From Candidatus Mesolinea sp. UBA5823 (GTDB taxonomy: Bacteria; Chloroflexota; Anaerolineae; Anaerolineales; Anaerolineaceae), in the NCBI GenBank assembly GCA_002417685.1, contig DICP01000018.1:11057-43320 (forward strand): DNA of 32,264 nucleotides, given 5' to 3'. Below, in pieces: positions 17,642 to 26,310 of the stretch (position 1 is the stretch's first letter; each line of letters starts with the position of its first letter). Below the pieces are notes generated by a model. The model was not told the DNA's origin. It made no database searches and saw nothing but the letters and a program-made list of their open reading frames with translations. A program made the position numbers and the translations under genes.

Positions 17642-18890
17642 TAAGCCGGTTTCAACACCCAAACGTAGCCGTTTTCTGAACATGTTAGCGGGCTACGGCA
17701 GCGCCAATGCCGCTGCTCAGTTCATGAAGATGCTCTTCATGCTCATCATGGCGCGCTACTTTGGGCTGGAAGATTATAGTGATTATGTTGCAGCCTATTC
17801 ATTAGCTTCTTTCACTGCCATTTTTTTCAACCTTGGTTTGGATACTTGGCTGCTGCGAGAGGGCTCATTCCAAGAGAATTGGAAGCTCTCGACGCAAAAG
17901 GTGCTTAGCTTGAAAGCGAGTATCGGTCTTATATGGGCAGGATTGTTGATCGGGTTAGCACCATCGCTACGCCCTGACCTATTTGGCTTTGGCCTCCTGG
18001 CGCTGTGTGTGGCGGATGTGTGGTTTGATTCCTTGCTAATAACCATGTTGGCTGTCCTTAATATTAAACGAGATATCAAAGCATACTCAGTTTCCATTTT
18101 GTTGCTACGCGGGTTAAAGCTAATTGTTTTGTTGGTTATGATTGCGGTGGGGAGCCGGTCTGTTATGCTGATTGCAGGTTTGAGGGCAGCTATTGCCGGC
18201 GGACTTGCTGTTGCTGTTTTTTTGATGCTCCGACTGGATTTTCGTTTTGCCAGGAGGCAAGAAAGCCTGCGTATGCTGCGCGATTCGAGAGCCTACACTT
18301 ACTCAGAGTTTTTTTCAGTAATCTATATGCAAGCCGATATTAATTTACTTACGATGCTACAAGGCAAGGTTATGGCTGGCATCTATTCCCCTGCTCTGAG
18401 TGTGATCAATGCTTTATTTATCATTCCCAGCTCAGTTTACACCTTTTCAATCCCCACTCTTTCGCGGACTTATCACGAAGCTCCGCAAAGGCTCCCCGCA
18501 GCAGCGCGTAAATTGCTGGCAGGGATTACCTTAATGGGAATAGTGCTTTTTGCGGGGGTCGGTTTGCTTGGGGATGACCTGGTACGGTTGCTGCTGGGTG
18601 CGGAATACGAGACCACCGGGCAGTTAATCACCATGCTCAGCCCAGTATTGCTGCTCAAGTGCTTGGAATTTGGGCTGGCAAGCGTGATTGTAGCGCTCAA
18701 TAAACAAAAAGACCGCATCTTCCCGCAAATGATTGCAGCGGCAATGAACGTGGGGCTCAACCTCTGGCTGATCCCTTTATATGGCGTGTTTGGAGCAGCC
18801 AGAGTGTATGTGATCAGCGAAGTTGTGCTCTTTTTGGGTTATGGGATAATTGTATTTAGGTCCATAAGGCAGCCAGAATATGCAGATTAA
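17628..18890 (+). CDS. Wzx-like polysaccharide flippase (MOP superfamily)
   Basis: 420 aa with ~12 TM helices. The layout and length are typical of Polysacc_synt/MOP flippases. It overlaps the upstream GT by 14 nt. Confidence 0.7.
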   Translation: MNLTDKPVSTPKRSRFLNMLAGYGSANAAAQFMKMLFMLIMARYFGLEDYSDYVAAYSLASFTAIFFNLGLDTWLLREGSFQENWKLSTQKVLSLKASIGLIWAGLLIGLAPSLRPDLFGFGLLALCVADVWFDSLLITMLAVLNIKRDIKAYSVSILLLRGLKLIVLLVMIAVGSRSVMLIAGLRAAIAGGLAVAVFLMLRLDFRFARRQESLRMLRDSRAYTYSEFFSVIYMQADINLLTMLQGKVMAGIYSPALSVINALFIIPSSVYTFSIPTLSRTYHEAPQRLPAAARKLLAGITLMGIVLFAGVGLLGDDLVRLLLGAEYETTGQLITMLSPVLLLKCLEFGLASVIVALNKQKDRIFPQMIAAAMNVGLNLWLIPLYGVFGAARVYVISEVVLFLGYGIIVFRSIRQPEYAD

Positions 18891-20184
18891 CTCCAAAAAC
18901 GGCTCGCCCGTTGTGTTGATTATCAATTTTCACTCCACCCGCAATGCGGGCGACCTGGCCTTGCTGCTTTCCAATCGTCAATTGCTGCAAGAAGCTTTCG
19001 ACAACCCCAGAATCATTGTCTCAGCAAACTGGCCTGATGAGGAAGCTTACGCAGAGTATGGCTTCGAAGTGGTGCCGTCGCCTTGGGCCCTTGCCGGGGT
19101 GCGGCCCGAAAACCCACTACCTAAGCAGGTTACGAATCTAATCGGTACCTACACTGCCCTTTGGCGGCATCGTCATCATCAAACGCCCCTCAAAGGCCAG
19201 CCGGATCTACCTTGGAAGCGCCTATATGCGGCTTATGCTGCTGCCGATGTGGTTGTGGGGGTCTCGGGTAATCAGTTTTACTCCAGCGGCAAGTATGGCT
19301 GGCCCTTCCCGGCCACCTATGCTTCGGTGAGCTTGGCGCATGCATTCCAGAAACCGCTCTATATACTGCCGCAATCGATTGGGCCGTTGCGCCGCCAGTG
19401 GGAACGCCGAATGCTGGCAAAAGGCTATGGACGAGCACGGCGCATTTATTTACGGGATAGTATCTCCTTACGATTAGCTGGTGAACTGGGTTTTCCAATG
19501 GAGAATGTGAGCTACGCGCCTGATCCAGCTTTTGACCTGGCACCGGCTGATCCTATGGAAGCAACCAATCTTTTGCAAGCTTGGGGTGCAGACATGACTA
19601 AGCCGAAGCTGGGCGTCACTGTTATTGCTCCGATGGGACGGTCATTTGTTACCGCTGAAGTAATGAATTATTACACCGTACTGGAGCGGACGCTCACACG
19701 TTTCTTACAATGCTATACAGCACAGGTGGTGCTCTTCAATCAGGTTTCGGGGCCAACACCCAACGAAAATGATGGCGAAGCTGCGGCTGCGCTCTGCTCC
19801 AGGCTAAAAGCCCAAAGCTTGGAGGCTGTGCACATCAACCAGGTGGTTAGACCAGCCCAGCTCAAAGCCAGCTATGGCTTGATGCAAGCTTTTTTAGCCT
19901 CGCGCTTGCACTCTGGCGTATTTGCGCTGGGCATGAACATCCCCACGGTTTTCATCGGCTATCTTTCCAAGACCCGCGGGATGTTACAGGCGTTAGAGCT
20001 GGAAAACAACGTGATTGACCTCAGGGATCTCAAGGAGCAGGATTTGTGGGAAAAGCTGAGCTACACTTGGGAGCATGCGACGCAAGAGCGAAGGGCTCTA
20101 GAAGTAAAGATGCCGGCAATTAAGGCTGCAAGTCACGCTCCCGCTCCATCCATACGAGAGGATTTTTTTCGTTACCATGGCTGA
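18880..20184 (+). CDS. Polysaccharide pyruvyl transferase family protein (CsaB/WcaK-like)
   Basis: N-terminal VLIINFHSTRNAGDLALLLS (N.GD motif) and C-terminal ...ASRLHSGVFALGMNIPTVFIGY..K. These match the family as I remember it. It overlaps the flippase gene by 11 nt. Confidence 0.7.
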   Translation: MQINSKNGSPVVLIINFHSTRNAGDLALLLSNRQLLQEAFDNPRIIVSANWPDEEAYAEYGFEVVPSPWALAGVRPENPLPKQVTNLIGTYTALWRHRHHQTPLKGQPDLPWKRLYAAYAAADVVVGVSGNQFYSSGKYGWPFPATYASVSLAHAFQKPLYILPQSIGPLRRQWERRMLAKGYGRARRIYLRDSISLRLAGELGFPMENVSYAPDPAFDLAPADPMEATNLLQAWGADMTKPKLGVTVIAPMGRSFVTAEVMNYYTVLERTLTRFLQCYTAQVVLFNQVSGPTPNENDGEAAAALCSRLKAQSLEAVHINQVVRPAQLKASYGLMQAFLASRLHSGVFALGMNIPTVFIGYLSKTRGMLQALELENNVIDLRDLKEQDLWEKLSYTWEHATQERRALEVKMPAIKAASHAPAPSIREDFFRYHG

Positions 20185-21340
20185 GATCCACATCTTGCAA
20201 TTGGTCAAGGGTTTAGATATTGGCGGGGTAAATGGCGGCGCTGAGCGTTTCTGTGTGGATCTTTCGCAGCAGCTCACTCAAATGGGATATCAAGCCACTA
20301 TTTGCGCGTTTTTCCGCATGCACACACCAGCAGAGGCTAAAACCCTGCAAGCGCTGGAAGCTACCAGTCTGAATGTTATCCAGCTGGCAGAATGGCGCGG
20401 TAACGGCGCGCTTTCTTCTTACCGCCAGGCATTGCATGGGCTAGAGAATTACGTTCAAAGCCACCCCGTTCAAATTGTACAAAGCCATTTTCAGTTAGGG
20501 ACCCTGGCAGCCTTGCGCCTAAAGCGTCAGCATCCCGGCTTGATTACCCTGCGCACGGTGCATAACGTGCGGGAGTGGGAGCAAACCCCAGCTGGCCGAT
20601 GGAAAGCCCATATCTTTACTGAAAGAGTTTTCCCTGCCCGGCTGGATGCCGAAGTTGGCGTCTCACAAGCCATCGTTGAGCAACTGGGGGCACATCCTGG
20701 AGCTAAGCAACACCCGGAAAAAACCCATCTGATCCCTAATGCCATCGACCTGCCCGAAAAACTGCCGGAGATAAAGCCGCCTAGGGCTGAAGGCCAAGGC
20801 TTTGTCATTGGCAGTGCAGGCCGCCTGGCTGAGCAAAAGGGTTATCGCTATTTAGTTGCGGCGATGCCGGAAGTACTCGAGGTAATCCCAGGTTGCGAGC
20901 TGCACTTGGCTGGCGATGGAAATCAAAAAGCAGAGCTTATTGCTCTGGCTCAGGAGTTGGAGGTGGCTGAGCATGTGAAGCTTAGGGGATATCTTGGGAA
21001 TATTCCCAATTTTTTGAATGAGTTAGATTTGTTTGTGTCCTCTTCTCTTTGGGAAGGCTTACCAACGGTTATCTTGGAGGCGATCGTGGCTGGAGTGCCT
21101 GTGTTAGCAACAGATATTGCCGGCAATCGCGAGCTTATCCAGGATAGAAGAACTGGCTGGCTGGTGCAGCCGGCTGATGCACACGCATTGGCGCGAGCCA
21201 TCGTACATGCATATCACCACCCTGAACTTCGTCAACAATTTGCGCGGGAGGCACGCCGCATCTTGCCTCAATTTTCCATTCAAACCGTGACGGAGCAATA
21301 TGCTCAGCTTTACCAACGTCTCTTGGCAGGTGCAGTATGA
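20177..21340 (+). CDS. GT4-family glycosyltransferase (paralogue A)
   Basis: ILQLVKGLDIGGVNGGAERF and the E-x7-E region SSLWEGLPTVILEAIVAGVPVLATDIAGNRELI. 8-nt overlap with the upstream gene. Confidence 0.88.
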   Translation: MAEIHILQLVKGLDIGGVNGGAERFCVDLSQQLTQMGYQATICAFFRMHTPAEAKTLQALEATSLNVIQLAEWRGNGALSSYRQALHGLENYVQSHPVQIVQSHFQLGTLAALRLKRQHPGLITLRTVHNVREWEQTPAGRWKAHIFTERVFPARLDAEVGVSQAIVEQLGAHPGAKQHPEKTHLIPNAIDLPEKLPEIKPPRAEGQGFVIGSAGRLAEQKGYRYLVAAMPEVLEVIPGCELHLAGDGNQKAELIALAQELEVAEHVKLRGYLGNIPNFLNELDLFVSSSLWEGLPTVILEAIVAGVPVLATDIAGNRELIQDRRTGWLVQPADAHALARAIVHAYHHPELRQQFAREARRILPQFSIQTVTEQYAQLYQRLLAGAV

Positions 21341-22476
21341 GTGAAACCCTGCATGTTTTGCAACTATTGAAGGGTTTGGATATCGGCGGCGCTAGCGGCG
21401 GCAGCGATAAGTATGGCTTCGAGCTGAGCTTAGCCTTGAAGAAAGCTGGCGTGCATGTGGCGGTGGGTTGTTTCAACCAATTTGGAACTGCCACGGAGCA
21501 GGATAATTTGGCTAAACTAAAAGCTGCCGGCATTCCCAATATTATCTTGGAAGAAGGAAGCACATTCTCTAAGCTGCATTCGCTTGATCTACAAAATTTC
21601 TGCCGTGATAATCAGATTGATATCGTCCACAGCCACTTCCCTGTAGGGAACCTGGCGGGCTCGCATCTTAGGGCGCAGAACGCAGTTAAAGCAGTGGTAC
21701 GAACAGCCCACATTTCTAAAGAATGGGGTGACGGGGTGATCGCCTGGGTCTGCCGGCAGGTCTTTTCGGGGTTCCTTTATCCCTTATTGACCGATCAGGT
21801 GGTGGGGGTTTCACAGGCGATTACTGACCAGCTCAACCACACACTTGGTGGAAGACTTTCCCACCACAAAGCGATAACCATCTATAATGGCATCCCGGAA
21901 CGATGGTTTACTCAGGGCAGCGCTCCGCTCCAGAAAGAGCTCCATTTGATTGGGGCGGCGGGGTTATTGATCGAACGTAAGGGTTTTGATCATCTAATTC
22001 GCGCCATGCCGGCAATTCTCACAGAATATAGTGATGCGCGCTTGATGATTTTAGGTGAGGGCCCGCAGCACGCAGTGCTAGAAGCTTTGATTGCTGAGCT
22101 GCATCTGGAGCAAAAAGTTAAATTGCTTGGAAATCAATCCGATCTGCCCAATTGGCTAAGCAGAATGGACATCTTCGTGTTGCCTTCTTGGGTGGAAGGT
22201 TTACCTACTGTTCTCCTGGAAAGCATGGCTTGCCAAACGCCTGTGATTGCGACGGACATCCCAGGGACCCGTGAACTTGTTCTGGATGGCCAGACCGGCT
22301 GGTTAGTTCAGCCCGGTTCGGTTGAGCAAATCTCCGAAGCAGTAAAGCGTGCTTTTTCACAACGCGAGGCGTATGTGTGCATCCAAGCGCAAGCCTATGC
22401 CTGGGCACAGAATTTTACGATTGAGCGTGCCGTGCAGCAATACTTAGCACTTTATCAACAGCTAGTTAAGGGTTAA
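21337..22476 (+). CDS. GT4-family glycosyltransferase (paralogue B)
   Basis: VLQLLKGLDIGGASGGSDKY and PSWVEGLPTVLLESMACQTPVIATDIPGTRELV. It is collinear with the preceding gene. ATGA overlap. Confidence 0.88.
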   Translation: MSETLHVLQLLKGLDIGGASGGSDKYGFELSLALKKAGVHVAVGCFNQFGTATEQDNLAKLKAAGIPNIILEEGSTFSKLHSLDLQNFCRDNQIDIVHSHFPVGNLAGSHLRAQNAVKAVVRTAHISKEWGDGVIAWVCRQVFSGFLYPLLTDQVVGVSQAITDQLNHTLGGRLSHHKAITIYNGIPERWFTQGSAPLQKELHLIGAAGLLIERKGFDHLIRAMPAILTEYSDARLMILGEGPQHAVLEALIAELHLEQKVKLLGNQSDLPNWLSRMDIFVLPSWVEGLPTVLLESMACQTPVIATDIPGTRELVLDGQTGWLVQPGSVEQISEAVKRAFSQREAYVCIQAQAYAWAQNFTIERAVQQYLALYQQLVKG

Positions 22477-22936
22477 AGTCAAAATCCAGACTGATTTCGC
22501 CTATATCCAAGATCTTGCCAGCTTCGGTGTGCCAAACCTTGGCTTTGCCTTCCTCGTTTTCGATGATTTTATAAGCTGCGTCTGGGCTGCCTAATACCAG
22601 CACATAATCCATAGGGTTAATTTCAGGAATAATAAAATATCCATTTTGATCCGTAACCCCACCAGGGCTAAAAGCGGCGTCTAGCACATAGGCGCCCTGC
22701 TCAGGATTATCTGTGGCATAGTAAACCTCTGCCAAGCGGACAGTTAGGTTTTGGTAAGGTTGGCCGGAAGTATTGACAACCCGTCCAATCACAGTAGTTT
22801 TATCTGCCGAGGGGGCTGCATAAGTTTGCGTAGGCGTAAGTGTTGCGGTCGGAGATTCAATTCCGCTGCAAGCTGCTAGCAAAATGAGGCAAAAAAAGGA
22901 AAGAAGAGATATTCGACCAAAATAATTCTTTTTCAT
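22466..22936 (-). CDS. Lipoprotein with a carboxypeptidase-regulatory-like beta-sandwich domain
   Basis: Signal peptide plus lipobox (SFFCLILLAAC|SG). VIGRVVNTSGQPYQNLTVRL resembles CarboxypepD_reg-type domains. The 3' end overlaps the convergent GT4 gene by 11 nt. Confidence 0.7.
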   Translation of the reverse strand: MKKNYFGRISLLSFFCLILLAACSGIESPTATLTPTQTYAAPSADKTTVIGRVVNTSGQPYQNLTVRLAEVYYATDNPEQGAYVLDAAFSPGGVTDQNGYFIIPEINPMDYVLVLGSPDAAYKIIENEEGKAKVWHTEAGKILDIGEISLDFDFNP

Positions 22937-23061
22937 TATGTCTTTGTACCATCCTTAAAAGTCAAGATTGAAACGCGGGTCAATTTCTTTTTTGGTTCAA
23001 ACCTATTTCAGAAAAAATAATCCCAATGGGCTATTGATTTGACGTCCGTTATCTATTAAAT

Positions 23062-23087
23062 TATCTGTCAGATAGAAAAATTATACT
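23062..23087 (+). promoter_or_regulatory. 13-bp palindrome TATCTGtCAGATA next to a TATACT -10 box: candidate operator plus promoter of the repeat-protein gene
   Basis: Palindrome at 23062-23074, with a further TTATCT copy at 23049-23054. TATACT at 23082-23087, AAGGAG at 23094-23099, ATG at 23110. Confidence 0.4.
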
Positions 23088-23109
23088 CTAAAGAAGGAGC
23101 AAGAAAAAT

Positions 23110-24507
23110 ATGAAAAATAAGCTATTGTGTGCACTTGTTGTTGTCATGATGGTGGTAACCGTTTTTGGGGCTTCCCCGGTTAAAGCTGCTGCGTATGGTA
23201 CCAGCTTTACAACCTCCATCACCTATCAAAACGTGGGAACAGATACTGCGACAGTCTCCCTGGAGTTCTATGCTGAAGGCGATGGAACCCCGATCATTAT
23301 ACCTCGCCCAGATCTTGAGCCCATGGCCGGCACTTCCATTTTCGTTGGATCGCTTGGCGATTTAGATCCAGGCTTTAAAGGCTCAGCCGTGATGGTTTCT
23401 AACCAACCCCTTGTTGCCACCTTGGTGCAGATTCCTGCCCCGGCGAGCGGCGTAAAGGTACGGCCTTTGTCCAATGGGTTTACTGCCGGTTCTGACTATA
23501 TTTTGGTTCCTACCGCTCTACTAAACACATTCAATGCTAACACCATCATTTCGGTCCAGAATGTGGATAGCGTAGCAGCTGACTTCCGACTGGTGTTCGT
23601 CCCAGTGAGTGGTTCCAACATCGTCGTAGAAGTTGAAGATGTTCCAGCCTACGCTACCAAGTATTTTGATTTGGCCCAAATGCCTGATTTCACTGGCCCA
23701 TTCAATGGCTCTGTGCAGGTCTTCGCTTTCAAGGCCGGCACCACTGATCCAGGCGCAGCTGTGGCTTCCGCAATGGAGTTACGCACAAATGCCACCGGTG
23801 CTTCTGCTTTTGAGGCGACGAATGACTTCGCTACCACAGTTTATATGCCATCGGCACTTTGTCTCTTCAATGGTGTTCAGACCTCTTCCTATGCTGTTCA
23901 GAACACGACTGATGCAGACGTGACCGTTTCGGTTACTTATGATAGTGGAGTTGTGGATGGCCCATATACCCTCGCCCCTGGTGCAAAGCAAAGCTTTAAT
24001 GCCTGCGATGGTGGCAATGACCCAGGCTATATCGGATCAGCTGTAATCGAAGCGACTGGCGATGTAGTTGCCATGGGCAAAGTGTTCGGCGGTGGACTTT
24101 CCACAGCCTTCTTGGGCTTCACGAGCGGTGCTTCCAAAGTGGCTCTGCCCTACATCCGCTGGACGACTGAACACTGGTATGATGGTACCCGCCAGAGAGC
24201 TTTCATTGCCATTCAAAATGTGGGTGCTGATCTACCTGCTGACGCTGTTACTGTGAAGTACTATGACAAAGCTGGCGTTTTGGTAGGCACTGACACACTG
24301 GGCGCTATTCCTTCTGGTGCAAAAGTAAATTCCAACGCCGGTAACATCGGAGCGGCAGAATTTGGTTACTATACAGATGGCACATTTGGTGGTTCCGCAA
24401 TTGTTGAAGGCCCTGCAGGCAGTGCGTTAGCGGTCATCGTCCGCATCCAGACTCGTGTTGGTTCAACGTCCGTTGCCGAAGACTACTCTGGGATCGCAAT
24501 TCAGTAA
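23110..24507 (+). CDS. Secreted protein built from four ~110-aa internal repeats (unknown family; candidate abundant surface protein)
   Basis: Signal peptide MKNKLLCALVVVMMVVTVFGASPVKA|AA. Four modules are anchored by h-x-QN (residues 40, 150, 264, 369) and F.GSA/GSV (91, 200, 309, 428). There is a strong RBS and a perfect 13-bp-stem terminator downstream. Confidence 0.85.
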   Translation: MKNKLLCALVVVMMVVTVFGASPVKAAAYGTSFTTSITYQNVGTDTATVSLEFYAEGDGTPIIIPRPDLEPMAGTSIFVGSLGDLDPGFKGSAVMVSNQPLVATLVQIPAPASGVKVRPLSNGFTAGSDYILVPTALLNTFNANTIISVQNVDSVAADFRLVFVPVSGSNIVVEVEDVPAYATKYFDLAQMPDFTGPFNGSVQVFAFKAGTTDPGAAVASAMELRTNATGASAFEATNDFATTVYMPSALCLFNGVQTSSYAVQNTTDADVTVSVTYDSGVVDGPYTLAPGAKQSFNACDGGNDPGYIGSAVIEATGDVVAMGKVFGGGLSTAFLGFTSGASKVALPYIRWTTEHWYDGTRQRAFIAIQNVGADLPADAVTVKYYDKAGVLVGTDTLGAIPSGAKVNSNAGNIGAAEFGYYTDGTFGGSAIVEGPAGSALAVIVRIQTRVGSTSVAEDYSGIAIQ

Positions 24508-24554
24508 TTCAAAGCGTGACCCCGGGTTTACTAACCTGGTGCGGATTTTTCAAC

Positions 24555-24590
24555 AAAGAGGCTGCCAATTTCTGGCAGCCTCTTTTCTGT
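24555..24590 (+). terminator. Rho-independent terminator
   Basis: aaagaggctgcca-atttc-tggcagcctcttt is a 13-bp perfect stem followed by tct..t. It lies 48 nt after the stop at 24507. Confidence 0.85.
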
Positions 24591-24931
24591 CTAAATGAAG
24601 TATTAGAATGCTCTCACGGATATTTTTGGAATCACTTTATCACATTCGGAATAGAAATGGTATACAACACGCGGAGGCGGCAAAGCGCGTCCAGCGAGGA
24701 GGAAGCTGCGTCCTGGCCGCCCACAGCCCTGACCCTGAACGCTGTATTACAAAAAGCGCCACACTGAGATGAATTATTACAGTAAAGTAATTCCGCCAAA
24801 AAGGAATAAAAAAGCCGAATTTGGCTATTGCTTTCCAGTTCTTGATTTGTTAATTGTCTGTACCTCTTATTCTGCGTACGATTGATTTTATCTCCTCATC
24901 CGTTGCACTAAATTCTTGAGACTAGGTTCCA

Positions 24932-25765
24932 TCAAAACAACACATTGGAAAGATCCGCGCGGTATTGGCGCACGTCCGGATGATGCTCACCCAGGACCTC
25001 GAGCAAGCCCAAATAAACCTCGCGCACTTCATCATCCCGGTAATGCTTATCCCTGCGCAAAATATCCAAAAAACCATCCAAGGCTAATTGGATCTTGCCT
25101 TGTTTGGCTAAGCGCAAGCTGTTGCGATACGCCGCTTCAAGCGCATCCTTAGGTGGGTCTTGTTGCTTCTCCAACCAAAGGTAAGCATCCGCAACAGGCT
25201 TGAGTATTTGCGCTGCATTGAACTCATAGCTGGCTGGGAAGGTTGCCAGAATCCCTTTAGCCTCCCATGCGCGTCCCTCAAGGAGTAGCAGCCGAACAAG
25301 AGCCAGCAAACCAGCAGGGCTCTCCGGGTTGTTCGCCAGATATTGGCGCAGGGCGTCTTCTGCACCGTCAAGATCGCCTAAAAGCATTAAGCTTTTTCCT
25401 TTCTCCAAGAGGAGATCACCAGTTTCGGGCATAATGCGGCGGATAAAGGCTCGCAGGTTGGGTTCAGAAAGCACACCCGTAAACTCAGAAACGATGCGCC
25501 CATCCACAAAGGTTTTGACGGTTGGTACCGACTTGACTTTGAGGCGCTCAGCTAATTTGGGTTGTTCATCCACATTAACTCGCGCCAATCGAAAAGCGCC
25601 ATCGGCTTCCTCAGCAAGTTTGGCTAACAGCGGTGATAGCACCCGGCAAGGGATACACCAAGGTGCCCAAAATTCAAGGACAACCGGTGTATGAGATGAG
25701 TAACTCACTACTTCGTAATCGAAGCTTTCATCGCTAATATCGATGATATTTGCATCAGCCATCAT
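24932..25765 (-). CDS. Thioredoxin-domain protein with a C-terminal TPR-like domain (YbbN/CnoX-like architecture, but with an intact CxxC)
   Basis: EFWAPWCIPCRVLSPLLAKLAEE is a thioredoxin WCxxC motif. The ~170-aa helical C-terminus (...LLLEGRAWEAKGIL...LAKQGKIQLALDGFLDIL...) is typical of TPR-fused thioredoxins. Confidence 0.85.
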   Translation of the reverse strand: MMADANIIDISDESFDYEVVSYSSHTPVVLEFWAPWCIPCRVLSPLLAKLAEEADGAFRLARVNVDEQPKLAERLKVKSVPTVKTFVDGRIVSEFTGVLSEPNLRAFIRRIMPETGDLLLEKGKSLMLLGDLDGAEDALRQYLANNPESPAGLLALVRLLLLEGRAWEAKGILATFPASYEFNAAQILKPVADAYLWLEKQQDPPKDALEAAYRNSLRLAKQGKIQLALDGFLDILRRDKHYRDDEVREVYLGLLEVLGEHHPDVRQYRADLSNVLF

Positions 25766-25810
25766 GTGTTTCTCTCGCTTTAATTTTATCAGACTCCAAC
25801 ACTAATGGTT

Positions 25811-26248
25811 TTAGTCATTGCCTTCATCGCCGTATACTTGGGGCTGATTTACCTCAATCACCTTCCCATGAATATCGATGGTAATTCTAAATCCCATCAT
25901 GCCCAAATACTGACGCGCTTCCTCAGGCAAACCTTTTTCTTGGATAGCCTTAAATTGCTCATCTTTTTTTTCTAATTGGCTGCGTAACATCGCCACAGTA
26001 AAAATATCTTCTTGACCCAGCATCTTAGCTGCCTGCTTGCTGAGGATATCTTCATGCCCGATGATTTGTGATGTTAAAGCTTCCCACACCTGCCAATCCA
26101 CATCTCCGGCGGGGATGTAGCGTAAAAATCCATCATCATTCAGAACATAACACGGCTCTGAACCAACATAAGCGACCTTTATAGGCTCGCCCTTAGGGTC
26201 GTAAACCAATCCTTCAAAAACAGCTTTTATCACAAACAGTCCTTCCAC
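25811..26248 (-). CDS. Hypothetical protein
   Basis: 145-aa ORF, co-directional and 45 nt upstream of the thioredoxin gene. The more likely start is GTG at 26233 (MIKAVFEGL...), preceded by GGAAGGA with a 6-nt spacer. I recognise no family. Confidence 0.6.
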   Translation of the reverse strand: MEGLFVIKAVFEGLVYDPKGEPIKVAYVGSEPCYVLNDDGFLRYIPAGDVDWQVWEALTSQIIGHEDILSKQAAKMLGQEDIFTVAMLRSQLEKKDEQFKAIQEKGLPEEARQYLGMMGFRITIDIHGKVIEVNQPQVYGDEGND

Positions 26249-26310
26249 TCTATGTTTTATAAAATATTACACGCATTGTATATAAAAAAGATTAACTTCC
26301 ATATACAAAT

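Noticed and set aside
21135-21563. 142-aa minus-strand ORF across the junction of the two GT4 genes
   Set aside because: It is antisense to two genes with clear GT4 motifs. It has no RBS or recognisable domain.
24516-24767. 83-aa + strand ORF just after the repeat-protein gene
   Set aside because: It begins 9 nt after the stop and reads straight through the 13-bp-stem terminator. It has no RBS, and its translation is Cys/Phe/Trp-rich.
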